From Rickettsia sp. (lineage in GTDB: Bacteria > Pseudomonadota > Alphaproteobacteria > Rickettsiales > UBA1997), in the NCBI GenBank assembly GCA_038131245.1, contig JAYPPA010000004.1:14038-78037 (forward strand): DNA of 64,000 bases, written 5' to 3'. Of this stretch, positions 26,692 through 35,837 are shown piece by piece. A program made the translations under genes and the position numbers. The first letter of the stretch is position 1. The number at the start of each line of letters is the position of its first letter. The notes under the pieces are model-generated. The model was not told the DNA's origin. It saw only the letters and a program-made list of their open reading frames with translations, and ran no database searches.

Positions 26692-28365
26692 TTAAATTTC
26701 AATAATTTGATCAAAAATTTTAATATTATCGTCCTTGTGATTTGAAAAATAAATTACTGTTGCGCTTGAGTTTTTGGTTATATATTCTAGGATTTTTTGC
26801 CTTAAATCAAAGTTCATTATATCAAGAATTTCGTTGACAATAATTATTTGCGCATCAAAAATTAATGCATGAGCAATTTTTATCAAGACAACCTCTTCTT
26901 CGTTTAGTGGCCAGCCGGTAGGTATTATTCTTAGATTGAGATTTTCTGGGAATTGGTTGATTTTTTTATCTAAGCCTAAATCCTGAAGAATTTGGTTAAT
27001 TTGACCTTTTTGGATATCTTGCCTGCCAAAAGTTAGATTTTCGAGCAGCGTTCCTTCCATTAGCGGCTTATTGTTAATGATCTTGACTTGATTTCGAAAG
27101 TTAGCCATATTATAGCTATATAAGTCTTGGTTATCTATTTTTACTTCTCCGACGGCTGGTCTTTCAAAATCAAACATTGTATTTACTAGAAATTTTTGAG
27201 TTTGTTGACTTTTTTCGTGTATTAAATAGTTTTTGCCGCTTAGGATTTTAAGATTAATAACGGTATCTGGGTCTTCTTTGCTTGAAATATTATCGAAGTG
27301 GATATTTTTAAATTCTTTAATTATGGGCTTGTCAAGCCTTTCCTTTTGTATTGGAATATTAAAAAAGACCGATAGTTTTTCGCAGGCAGCTATCAAGTCG
27401 TACATGTTTTCAAAGTCGCGACTAAGGTGCGATGTTGAATATAGAATGGCTGATAGGATTAATTCTGCAGCGACCAATTGACCTATTGTTAGCTCTCCTT
27501 TTAGAACTAAATAGCCTCCTAGAATTAGCAATGCTGTACTAGAAATAGCATATAGAATTAAAAGTAATATGGTTTGCGAGAATAGATTTTTAAAGTGACT
27601 TTTTCTATCAGTAATATAACGCCTAGTTAGTTCGTCTATTTTAAATTTTGCATAATCTTGACCATTTTGAGATTTGAACATAGGTGTATTGTTAGCAAGG
27701 TCTTCAAAGCTTGCGACTATGTCATATTTTCTGCGGCTTTCTAGAAAAGCCGTGATACAGGCTTTTTTAAAATATTTAACATATATTAGATAGAGGCTAA
27801 AGATGAATATTGCGCTAAATAGCAGGAAAAATGGGTGATATAGAGATACTAAAATAAGACCTATAGCAGCTTGAAAAAGAAATGAAATAGTTTTGACTAA
27901 AAATTTTGGCACAGTTTTTTGCAAAGTGACTACATCAAAAAACCGATTGATGAGTTCTGGCATGTTGGCTTCTTCCATTTTTTTGATGTCCGCGTTTAGT
28001 AACCTAGTACATAGTTTTGCAGACATGCTGGCGATTATTCTTCTTTGAAAAATTTCAACGGTATATATTTGTAAAGCATTCAAGGTTCCAGAAAAAATTA
28101 ATAGAAATAGTAATAGCATGCCTAGGACTATTACTGGTTGAATCATTGCTGTAAAAGATACTGAATTTATTAAAAGCTGAACAGAGATTGGGACTGCGAC
28201 TCCTAATATACTAATGATAACTGAGTATATGATAACGCTATATAGAAAATTGCGGTCACTATAAAGGATTTTTTTGACAAATTCGAAGATTTTTGGGTTT
28301 TCAATATCATTGCTAAATGGCTTGTGTAGCTTTTGATAGTTGATTTTGAAATTTGAATTTATCAT
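26692..28365 (-). CDS. ABC exporter-type fused TMD-NBD protein with degenerate nucleotide-binding motifs
   Basis: A six-TM type-I exporter domain is followed by an NBD-like domain. At the Walker A position it reads 'LIHEKSQQTQKF' (no GxxGxGK[ST]). The signature position reads 'TGWPLNEEE' (no LSGGQ). Walker B reads 'IIIVNEILD' (Asp->Asn). The start is moved to ATG 28365 (MINSNF...) because a TTGCAA-17-TATACT promoter lies at 28407-28435, inside the longer track ORF (to 28452). Confidence 0.7.
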   Translation of the reverse strand: MINSNFKINYQKLHKPFSNDIENPKIFEFVKKILYSDRNFLYSVIIYSVIISILGVAVPISVQLLINSVSFTAMIQPVIVLGMLLLFLLIFSGTLNALQIYTVEIFQRRIIASMSAKLCTRLLNADIKKMEEANMPELINRFFDVVTLQKTVPKFLVKTISFLFQAAIGLILVSLYHPFFLLFSAIFIFSLYLIYVKYFKKACITAFLESRRKYDIVASFEDLANNTPMFKSQNGQDYAKFKIDELTRRYITDRKSHFKNLFSQTILLLILYAISSTALLILGGYLVLKGELTIGQLVAAELILSAILYSTSHLSRDFENMYDLIAACEKLSVFFNIPIQKERLDKPIIKEFKNIHFDNISSKEDPDTVINLKILSGKNYLIHEKSQQTQKFLVNTMFDFERPAVGEVKIDNQDLYSYNMANFRNQVKIINNKPLMEGTLLENLTFGRQDIQKGQINQILQDLGLDKKINQFPENLNLRIIPTGWPLNEEEVVLIKIAHALIFDAQIIIVNEILDIMNFDLRQKILEYITKNSSATVIYFSNHKDDNIKIFDQIIEI

Positions 28366-28406
28366 ATCATTAATAAAATTTAATGTTTTTGCTGTGATAT
28401 TATAAT

Positions 28407-28435
28407 AGTATAGTAATATAGTTGGTTTTTTGCAA
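28407..28435 (-). promoter_or_regulatory. sigma70-type promoter candidate (TTGCAA-17-TATACT) for the ABC/HlyD/TolC operon
   Basis: -35 = 28430-28435, -10 = 28407-28412 on the minus strand. Confidence 0.45.
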
Positions 28436-28461
28436 GTAAAAATGTAAGTCATTAACTATAG

Positions 28462-28489
28462 TTGACTTTTTCTTGATTTTTAATATTAT
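28462..28489 (+). promoter_or_regulatory. sigma70-type promoter candidate (TTGACT-16-TATTAT) for pntAB
   Basis: -35 = 28462-28467, -10 = 28484-28489. Confidence 0.45.
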
Positions 28490-28531
28490 TTAGTATATAA
28501 TTGAATTATGGATAAATAAATATAGAAGATT

Positions 28532-28885
28532 ATGATAAACTCTGATTTGTTAAAATATAAACTTGCTAGGGGCATTGACATAGCCGCAAGCAGCGGTGGT
28601 GAGTCTACGCCATTTGTACTTGCTTTCACGATTTTTGTACTGGCTTGCTTTGTGGGGTATTTTGTGGTCTGGAGGGTGACTCCGGCGCTTCACACGCCTT
28701 TGATGGCTGTAACAAATGCGATTTCAAGTGTGATTATTGTTGGGGCGATTATTGCTCTTGGCGCCGTGGATGACTTGACCAGTGGAATCTCAATTTTTAG
28801 CTTTATTGCTATTGTTATTGCTAGTATCAATATTTTTGGTGGATTTTTTGTTACATACCGCATGCTGTCTATGTTTAAGAGGTAG
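28532..28885 (+). CDS. pntAB: NAD(P) transhydrogenase subunit alpha part 2 (membrane subunit PntAB)
   Basis: 117 aa. '[39 protein letters not shown]' is the conserved PntA C-terminal/PntAB motif. Confidence 0.85.
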   Translation: MINSDLLKYKLARGIDIAASSGGESTPFVLAFTIFVLACFVGYFVVWRVTPALHTPLMAVTNAISSVIIVGAIIALGAVDDLTSGISIFSFIAIVIASINIFGGFFVTYRMLSMFKR

Positions 28886-28900
28886 TCACCTAAAGCGACA

Positions 28901-30235
28901 ATGAAAATAAAAAATAAAATATTGTTATTATTTTCTTTGTTATTTTTCTTTAAAGAGGCTTTAGCAAAGCCTACTTCAATTGATGTTGATGAAAATATTC
29001 AAAAGGCTCCTGATTTTTTGAATGGCATTTCTATTTCTGGCCAAGTGACAGCAATCTACCAATCAAGTAATCTTAACTTAAAGGTTGGTGATTTAAAAAA
29101 CTCCAGCGGAGCCAATCTCACACAAGCACAGTTACAGCCTTATGATCACAGGGATGAGTCTGGGTCTATTTCTGCTGATATTATTGTTAAAAAGAAATTC
29201 AATGAAGATGAGTTTTTATATTTTGATCTACAGTTTGCAGATGGCCCCGGTGTAGATGATCGGTTGCAAGGTGGTGGAATGGTAAATAATGATGTTATGG
29301 AGGATCCAAATAATCAAAGGGAGGTTTATTTGGCGAAGGCTTTTTATGAGCGAACTTTTAGATTTGCTGAAGATAAAAAAATTGTTGTTGATATTGGTAA
29401 ATTTGGTGTGAATGATTTTTTTGATGTAGGAGAGGAGAATTCTGATCAAACTACGCAATTTTTGAATCAGGCGATTGCCAATAATGGTGCTTTTGATTAT
29501 GTTCAGGGTCTAGAGGGGCATGGTTATACTTATGGTATTAGGGCTGGTGTTGGTAATGATTTGGTTCAGCTTGATCTGGGGTTTTTCTCTTCGGATTCTA
29601 AGCTTGATAATATTGCTGATAAAAATTCGATTGTTGCTGGGTTTAGTATTATGCCGCAGATTGCTGGAAATAAAGGTGTTTATCAAGTTTATGTGTTTTC
29701 AAATCGCGGCGAATATGCTGCTTTTGATAATAATGGTAATTTGTTGAGCAAGAATGTTGGCAGTATTAATACTGCTTCTAATGCTGATAATTTAGATAAA
29801 AATGGTATTGGACTTAGTATTACCCAGGTTTTGTCGGATAAAATCAATGCATTTGCCAAATATGGCAAGCAAGATGATGATGTTGATGTTCGTCATTACC
29901 AAGATATGGATGAAAGTTACATGGTTGGTGCGAATTTTAGTGGTAAATTTTGGTCGCGTAGTGATGATGAGATCGGAGTTGCCTATGAAGTTGGTCGTTT
30001 GACCGGAAATCATAGGAAGGCTCATGAAAAGGGTTATTCTGGGTTTTTTGATAGAAGTGGCGGCGTTGGGGCTGGTAATTATGGTGATGAAACGGTGCTT
30101 GAGGTTTATTATCGATATGCTTTAAATGCTCATTCTAGCATTAGTGTGGATGCTCAAAATATATCAAATTTTTACTATAGCAAGAAAATTGGCGATGTGC
30201 AGTTTTACGCAGTGAGGTTTAATGCGGGTTTTTAG
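28901..30235 (+). CDS. outer-membrane beta-barrel porin (OprB/carbohydrate-porin-like)
   Basis: 444 aa. Signal peptide MKIKNKILLLFSLLFFFKEALA, alternating beta-strand pattern, C-terminal '...YAVRFNAGF'. Subfamily is uncertain. Confidence 0.55.
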   Translation: MKIKNKILLLFSLLFFFKEALAKPTSIDVDENIQKAPDFLNGISISGQVTAIYQSSNLNLKVGDLKNSSGANLTQAQLQPYDHRDESGSISADIIVKKKFNEDEFLYFDLQFADGPGVDDRLQGGGMVNNDVMEDPNNQREVYLAKAFYERTFRFAEDKKIVVDIGKFGVNDFFDVGEENSDQTTQFLNQAIANNGAFDYVQGLEGHGYTYGIRAGVGNDLVQLDLGFFSSDSKLDNIADKNSIVAGFSIMPQIAGNKGVYQVYVFSNRGEYAAFDNNGNLLSKNVGSINTASNADNLDKNGIGLSITQVLSDKINAFAKYGKQDDDVDVRHYQDMDESYMVGANFSGKFWSRSDDEIGVAYEVGRLTGNHRKAHEKGYSGFFDRSGGVGAGNYGDETVLEVYYRYALNAHSSISVDAQNISNFYYSKKIGDVQFYAVRFNAGF

Positions 30236-30252
30236 GGTGGGTTAAAATATTC

Positions 30253-30281
30253 TTGACATTTATTTTTTTATGTTTTATAAT
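30253..30281 (+). promoter_or_regulatory. perfect sigma70 consensus promoter (TTGACA-17-TATAAT) of the cys operon
   Basis: -35 = 30253-30258, -10 = 30276-30281. Followed by a ~340-nt leader before cysG. Confidence 0.7.
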
Positions 30282-30391
30282 TATATTAAGCAAAGGAATT
30301 TTAGCTGGTTTTTCTGGTGGATTCTTTGCGCTTTATATCAATTAAAAACAAGAAAGTGAAAAATTTATTTTCAAATAAAACTTTTTCTAGC

Positions 30392-30445
30392 ATGTCTTCT
30401 TCTCAATCTATGAGCTTGCTTACTTCTTGTTGTTGCTGTCTATAA
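30392..30445 (+). CDS. candidate cys-operon leader peptide MSSSQSMSLLTSCCCCL
   Basis: ATG 30392, TAA 30443-30445. Four consecutive Cys codons (tgt tgt tgc tgt, 30428-30439), plus 6 Ser and 2 Met. Lies between the promoter and cysG. Below the ORF-track length cut-off. No obvious SD, but most genes in this window also lack one. Confidence 0.6.
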   Translation: MSSSQSMSLLTSCCCCL

Positions 30446-30626
30446 AAAAATAAAGATCCCCTTTGGTATTTATCCGTTTTTTGTTTTTGCGGTGCTCAAG
30501 GTGCTATTTTGCACATTTTGCGCTCCTTAAAACAAAATAACGAATAAATCTCTTTGGGTATCTTAATTTTTCTCCCTGCGTGCTAAATCCTGCGTGCTTT
30601 TTTCATATGCTTTAAATTTTTTTAAG

Positions 30627-32063
30627 ATGTATTTTCCGATTTTTTTAAATATTAATAAGGTTAAGATCCTTATTGTTGGGGCTGGGAATGTGGCTTTGGC
30701 GAAGCTTGAGGCGATTTTGGAGCTTGGGCCTGGAGGAGGTGTGACTGTGCTTTCGAAGGAGTTTTTGCCTGCGCTTAAGGATTTGGCTAGTAAAAATAAT
30801 GTGCAGTTGGTTGAAGGTGAGTATGACGAGAAATATTTGACTGATTTTGATGTGGTGGTTGCTGCGACTGATGATTTGGCGGTGAATGCTAGGGTTGCTT
30901 TGGATGCGAAAAAACTTAAGAAAATTGTCAATGCGGTTGATGATCCGAAAAATTCTGATTTTATTTTTGGAGCAAATGCCAAGTTTGGTGATATTGTAAT
31001 TTCAACAGGAAGTAGTGGAGTTTCGCCGGTTTTATCGCGGTTGATTAAGCAGAAAATTCAGGCATTTTTGCCGAGGAATTTGGTTGCTCTTAGTGATTTT
31101 TTAGCGAAAAATAAAGATTTAGTTCGAGGTAAAGTTAGGGATTTGCAAACTAGAAGATTGTTTTTGCAAGATGTAATTGAAGGAGTGGTTGGATCGGAAA
31201 TTGAGGCGGGGAACGCTGAGAAAGCGCAGGAAATTTTTGAGAAAAAGTTGGAAGGGGCTGCTTTGGAAGGAAAAAATAATGGGGCGGTGTATTTTATTGG
31301 GTCTGGGCCTGGGGATGTGGATTTGCTGACTTTGAAGGCGGTGAAGCTTTTGAGTAAGGCGGATGTGGTGCTTTATGATCGCTTGGTGGGCCCGGAGATT
31401 TTGAGCTATGCAAGAAAGGATGCGCTAAAGATTAGCGTTGGTAAAACTCGGGATTTTCATTCATTTACGCAAGAGCAGATTAATGCTGAGCTTAGGAAAT
31501 ATACTTTGCAAGGTAAGGTTGTGGCGCGGCTTAAGGGTGGTGATGTGGCGATTTTTGCGCGGCTTAGCGAGGAAATTGATGCGATTAAGGATTTGGATGT
31601 GCCTTACCAGATTGTTCCTGGGATTACTGCGGCAAGTGGGGCTAGTGCTTATGCGGGGATTCCGCTGACTTCGCGGGATTCGAATAAGTCGGTGCGGTTT
31701 TTGACGATTTACAAAGAGAATTTGGTTGATGAGTCTTACTGGGCTGAGCTTGCGAAGAGTGAGGATTCGCTGGTTTTGTATATGTCGTCGCATAATTTGG
31801 CGGGGGTTGCTGAGAAATTGGTTGAGGCTGGTAAGGGCGATACGCCACTAGCGGTGATTGAACAGGCTACTACGCCATTTCAGAAAACTTATTTGAGTTC
31901 GTTGACTAAGGTTGGTAAGGATTTTGCTGGCAAGAAATTTACTTCGCCGTCACTGGTTATTATTGGTGATATTGTTGCTGGGCATCGAGATTACAAGTGG
32001 AAAGAGGAAAAATTACAGGGAATTTATTTCAATGAATTAAAAAAATATGTTGGAAAAAATTAA
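30627..32063 (+). CDS. cysG: siroheme synthase (precorrin-2 dehydrogenase/sirohydrochlorin ferrochelatase + uroporphyrinogen-III C-methyltransferase)
   Basis: N-terminal 'MYFPIFLNINKVKILIVGAGNVA' Rossmann fold. The C-terminal SUMT domain has 'VYFIGSGPGDVDLLTLKA', 'VVARLKGGD' and 'VPGITAA'. The track start at 30594 is GTG within the leader; ATG 30627 is preferred. Confidence 0.9.
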   Translation: MYFPIFLNINKVKILIVGAGNVALAKLEAILELGPGGGVTVLSKEFLPALKDLASKNNVQLVEGEYDEKYLTDFDVVVAATDDLAVNARVALDAKKLKKIVNAVDDPKNSDFIFGANAKFGDIVISTGSSGVSPVLSRLIKQKIQAFLPRNLVALSDFLAKNKDLVRGKVRDLQTRRLFLQDVIEGVVGSEIEAGNAEKAQEIFEKKLEGAALEGKNNGAVYFIGSGPGDVDLLTLKAVKLLSKADVVLYDRLVGPEILSYARKDALKISVGKTRDFHSFTQEQINAELRKYTLQGKVVARLKGGDVAIFARLSEEIDAIKDLDVPYQIVPGITAASGASAYAGIPLTSRDSNKSVRFLTIYKENLVDESYWAELAKSEDSLVLYMSSHNLAGVAEKLVEAGKGDTPLAVIEQATTPFQKTYLSSLTKVGKDFAGKKFTSPSLVIIGDIVAGHRDYKWKEEKLQGIYFNELKKYVGKN

Positions 32064-32739
32064 AAAACAGACAAAAGATCTAAATTGGCAGGAAAAATTG
32101 ATTTTTGTGGCGAAAAATTACGAAAATGTGGTTTTTTCGACGAGTTTTAGCCTTGAAGATCAGGTTATTCTTGATTTTATTGCGCAAAACGATTTGAAGA
32201 TCGAGATTTTTACACTGGATACTGGTCGATTATTTAGGGAAACTTATCAGGTTTGGCAAAATAGTTTGGAGAAATATGGCTTGAAAATTGGGGCTTTTTA
32301 TCCAAATCAGGATGAAATTGCGAGTTTTGTTGAGCAAAATGGCATTAATGCGTTTTACGATAGTGTGGATTTGCGTAAAAAATGTTGCGCGATTCGCAAA
32401 GTTGAGCCGCTTAAAAGGGCGCTTAAAAATAAAGAGATTTGGATTAGTGGAATTCGAAAAGGTCATTCTGAGGCTAGGTCTGATAAGGATTTTTTTGAGG
32501 AAGATAAAGGTCTGGGGTTGCTTAAATTTTATCCACTTTTGGATTTTTCTGAGGAGGATTTATGGAGCTATATTGATAAAAATTCGGTGCCAATTAATTC
32601 TTTATATAAAAAAGGTTTTAAGTCGATTGGTTGTCAGCCATGCTCTAGGGCGGTATCTTCGGGTGAAGATGATCGCGCCGGAAGGTGGTGGTGGGAGAGT
32701 GGCAATGGTAACAAAAAAGAGTGTGGTTTACACAATTAA
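32047..32739 (+). CDS. cysH: adenylyl-sulfate (APS)/PAPS reductase, Fe-S (APS-type) form
   Basis: 230 aa. The C-terminal 'ECGLH' catalytic motif is present. The Cys pairs 'KKCCAIRK' and 'GCQPCS' are characteristic of [4Fe-4S] APS reductases. Confidence 0.88.
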   Translation: MLEKIKKQTKDLNWQEKLIFVAKNYENVVFSTSFSLEDQVILDFIAQNDLKIEIFTLDTGRLFRETYQVWQNSLEKYGLKIGAFYPNQDEIASFVEQNGINAFYDSVDLRKKCCAIRKVEPLKRALKNKEIWISGIRKGHSEARSDKDFFEEDKGLGLLKFYPLLDFSEEDLWSYIDKNSVPINSLYKKGFKSIGCQPCSRAVSSGEDDRAGRWWWESGNGNKKECGLHN

Positions 32740-32752
32740 ATAAATTTAAATT

Positions 32753-34174
32753 ATGTTAGAGCAAAATAAACAAGAAATTGTAAATAAAATAATCGCCGAT
32801 TTTACAAAGGAGGAGATTCTTTGGATTGGTGGTTATTTGAGTGGAGCAGCTTTGCAAGGGGTAAAATCGTCAATTGGGGCGGCTGAAGCTAAATTTGCTG
32901 CGAAAATTACGCTGATTTATGTTAGCGAGACTGGAAATTCGAAGTTTTTGGCGGGTAAAGTGGCTGATTATCTGAAAAAACAAGGTGGTCAGGTCAAGGT
33001 TAAATCTGCTGAGCAATATCGTCTTAAGGATTTGCAAAAAGAGGAAAATGTGATTTTGCTGACCTCGACTCATGGTGAAGGTGAAGTCCCCGAGCAGGGC
33101 AAGGCTTTGTTTGAGTACATTAAAAATGAGGATTTGAATTTGAGCAAGCTTAATTATTTTGTAATTGGACTTGGCGATCGTAATTATCCGTTATTTTGCC
33201 AGGCTGCGAAGGATTTTGATGAGGCTTTGACAAATAAAAAGGCAAAAAGATTGGCGGGGGTGGCTGAATTTGACTTGGATTTTGAAAATTATGTCGAAGA
33301 GTTGTCAAAAAAGTCAAAAAATTTGTTTTCTGGTGGGGAAAATGCGGTTGAAGATGTAAAAATTGTGCAAAAAACTAATAAAAATGAGTTTATTGGTGAA
33401 ATTGTGCAAAATGTGAATCTTAATGATGATGGTTCAACTAAAGAGACTCATCATATTGAGATTATTTGCGATGATGAGCTTGATTTTGAGCCGGGTGACT
33501 CGGTTGGGATTTTGCTTGAAGGAGAGGATCTTGGCTTGAAAAAAGAGGAGAAGATTACGCCGAGACTTTATTCTGTTGCTTCGAGCAAGGATGAGCATGG
33601 CAATGAAATTCATTTGACGGTGAGTGTGCTTCGTTATTTGGATGAAAATGGTAATGAGGTTAAGGGGCTTTTTTCTAGCTATTTGGCGAATTTGAAGGAG
33701 GGTGAGAAGGTTAAGTTTTATATTTCGAAGAACCGTAATTTCAAATTGCCAGAGCCTCAAAAAGATGTGATTATGATTGGTCCTGGGACTGGGATTGCGC
33801 CATTTAGAGCGTTTTTGGGACATCGAAATGCGAATGGTGACTCTGGGAAAAATTGGTTATTTTTTGGTGAGAGAAATTTTCAGTCGGATTTTTTGTATCA
33901 AACTGAATTGCAAGATTATTTGACGAGCGGTTTGTTGACAAGGCTTGATGTGGCTTTTTCTCGTGATCAGGAGGAGAAAATTTACGTGCAAGATCGAATT
34001 AGGCAAGCTGCCGAAGAGTTTTTGAATTGGATTGAGGCTGGTGCTTATATTTACATTTGCGGCGATAAGGAAAAAATGGCTAAAGATGTCGAAAAAGTGA
34101 TTTTGGAGGCAATTGGAGAAGAAATTTTCCAAAAATTGAAGGCTGAAGGCAGATATTTGCTTGATGTTTATTAA
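32753..34174 (+). CDS. cysJ: sulfite reductase [NADPH] flavoprotein alpha component (short form)
   Basis: 473 aa. Flavodoxin 'ITLIYVSETGNSKFLA', FAD 'RLYSVASS', NADPH 'GPGTGIAPFRAF' and 'YIYICGD'. Confidence 0.85.
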   Translation: MLEQNKQEIVNKIIADFTKEEILWIGGYLSGAALQGVKSSIGAAEAKFAAKITLIYVSETGNSKFLAGKVADYLKKQGGQVKVKSAEQYRLKDLQKEENVILLTSTHGEGEVPEQGKALFEYIKNEDLNLSKLNYFVIGLGDRNYPLFCQAAKDFDEALTNKKAKRLAGVAEFDLDFENYVEELSKKSKNLFSGGENAVEDVKIVQKTNKNEFIGEIVQNVNLNDDGSTKETHHIEIICDDELDFEPGDSVGILLEGEDLGLKKEEKITPRLYSVASSKDEHGNEIHLTVSVLRYLDENGNEVKGLFSSYLANLKEGEKVKFYISKNRNFKLPEPQKDVIMIGPGTGIAPFRAFLGHRNANGDSGKNWLFFGERNFQSDFLYQTELQDYLTSGLLTRLDVAFSRDQEEKIYVQDRIRQAAEEFLNWIEAGAYIYICGDKEKMAKDVEKVILEAIGEEIFQKLKAEGRYLLDVY

Positions 34175-34187
34175 AAAATAAAAAACA

Positions 34188-35837
34188 ATGACAAAAGTAG
34201 AAAAAATAAAAAAAGATAGTCGCGGCTTAAGAGGAAGTTTGCAAAAAAGTCTGACTAATAATGTTACTGGGGCTCTAGCCAGCGATGATCAGATGATTGT
34301 AAAGTTTCATGGTTCGTATCAACAAGATGATCGCGATTCACGGGCAAGAAGGGCGGAAAAAAAGCTTGAGAAGCTTTATTCGTTTATGCTTAGGCTTAGG
34401 ATTTCTGGCGGGAAGATTACTGGCAAACAGTGGCTTGGGATTCATGAAATTGCGTCTAAAAATGCTAATGAGACTATTAAAATTACGACTCGTCAAACTG
34501 TGCAGCTTCACGGGATTGTGAAGTCGAAGTTAAAGCCGACGATTGCGTCTTTTTATAAGGATTTTGACATGGATTCGATTTCTGCGTGCGGCGATGTGAA
34601 TAGAAATGTGATGGTGTCGACGGCTGTTGAGAAAAATGCTGCTTATGCAGAGGTTTTTGAATATGGCAAAAAAATCAGCGATTATTTACTGCCGAAAAGT
34701 AAGGCTTATCATGAGATTTGGCTTGATGGAGAAAAGCTAGAGGGCGAGGCCGAGAAGGACGAGCTTTATGGCGAGACTTATCTGCCGCGTAAATTCAAGA
34801 TTGTGCTGGCGATTCCACCGCATAATGATGTTGATGTTTATGCGCATGATATTGGTTTGGTGGCAATTATTGAAAATGAGATTTTGCAGGGTTTTAACAT
34901 TATTGTTGGCGGTGGAATGGGTCGAGTTCATGGCAATGACAAGACTTTTGCGCGAGTTGGTGATTTGGTTGGATTCGTCCCAAAAGAGAAGGTTTTGGAT
35001 GCAGTTTATCAAATTGCGGCTATTCAGCGTGATTTTGGTAATCGTGAAGATCGAGCGCTTTCTCGTTTTAAATATACGATTGCAAAATATTCTAAAGAAT
35101 GGTTTGTCGAGAAATTTGCGCAGTATTTTGGTGAAAAGTTGGAAAAAGCCCGCGATTTTAAGCTAAAATCTAGAGCTGATCAGCAAGGTTGGCACAAAGA
35201 TTATTTAGGCAAGAATCATTTGCTGCTTTTTGTAGAGCATGGCCGAGTATTTGGAGCTAAAAAACAAGCTTTGTTTGAAATTGCTGAGGCTAAATTAGCG
35301 AATTTTCGCTTCACTAATAATCAAAATATCATCATTAGCGATGTTTTGACAAAAAATAAGGCAAAAATCGAGGAAATTTTGGCAAAAAATGGGATTTTCG
35401 ATGAAAAAATCTCGCCAATTAGATTTTCTTCGATGGCTTGTGTGGCGCTTAATACTTGTAGCTTGGCTTTGGCTGAGGGACAGCGTTATTTGCCTGATTT
35501 GGTGACTAAAATTGAAGTTTTGCTTAAAAAATATGATCTTGAAAATGATGCAATTTCGATTCGCATGACGGGCTGTCCTAATGGTTGTGCTCGCCCTTAT
35601 TTGGCGGAAATTGCGCTAGTTGGAAAGGCTCTTGGTAAATATGATTTACATTTAGGCGGAGATCGAGTCGGTCAAAGACTTAACTTAATTTATAAAGAAA
35701 GTCTTGGCGAAGAGGAAATTTTACAAGAACTTGATGAAAAATTCTCATTTTATGTAAAAAATCGTAAAAAAAATGAGAGTTTTGGAGATTATATTTTTCA
35801 AAATGATAAAATTAAATTATTAAAAAATGCTAAATAA
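34188..35837 (+). CDS. cysI: sulfite reductase hemoprotein beta component
   Basis: 549 aa. 'RLRISGG', '[10 protein letters not shown]' and the siroheme/4Fe-4S Cys cluster '[10 protein letters not shown]'. Confidence 0.9.
   Translation: MTKVEKIKKDSRGLRGSLQKSLTNNVTGALASDDQMIVKFHGSYQQDDRDSRARRAEKKLEKLYSFMLRLRISGGKITGKQWLGIHEIASKNANETIKITTRQTVQLHGIVKSKLKPTIASFYKDFDMDSISACGDVNRNVMVSTAVEKNAAYAEVFEYGKKISDYLLPKSKAYHEIWLDGEKLEGEAEKDELYGETYLPRKFKIVLAIPPHNDVDVYAHDIGLVAIIENEILQGFNIIVGGGMGRVHGNDKTFARVGDLVGFVPKEKVLDAVYQIAAIQRDFGNREDRALSRFKYTIAKYSKEWFVEKFAQYFGEKLEKARDFKLKSRADQQGWHKDYLGKNHLLLFVEHGRVFGAKKQALFEIAEAKLANFRFTNNQNIIISDVLTKNKAKIEEILAKNGIFDEKISPIRFSSMACVALNTCSLALAEGQRYLPDLVTKIEVLLKKYDLENDAISIRMTGCPNGCARPYLAEIALVGKALGKYDLHLGGDRVGQRLNLIYKESLGEEEILQELDEKFSFYVKNRKKNESFGDYIFQNDKIKLLKNAK

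Noticed and set aside
28366-28452. N-terminal extensions offered by the ORF track. Cases: the ABC protein to 28452, gpsA to 52206, cysG from 30594, lpdA to 1504, MscS from 21612, and the 2-hydroxyacid dehydrogenase to 41300.
   Set aside because: The extensions use GTG/TTG starts or lie upstream of the predicted promoters. They add non-conserved residues ahead of canonical family N-termini, so internal ATGs were preferred. This remains unverified without N-terminal data.
30446-30626. Possibility that the cys leader is a SAM/sulfur-metabolite riboswitch or carries a canonical intrinsic terminator
   Set aside because: I could not recognise any SAM-I/II/V-like conserved core or a GC-rich stem immediately preceding either U-tract. 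The cctgcgtgc motif is a direct, not inverted, repeat. The mechanism is left open rather than annotated as a riboswitch or terminator.
30563-30982. 139-aa minus-strand ORF overlapping the cys leader and the cysG start
   Set aside because: It is antisense to the strongly supported cysG N-terminal Rossmann domain and has no family resemblance.
32288-32743. 151-aa alternate-frame plus-strand ORF inside cysH
   Set aside because: It is in a different frame from a well-supported CysH (ECGLH, Fe-S cysteines), and its product is Arg/Leu/Ile low-complexity.
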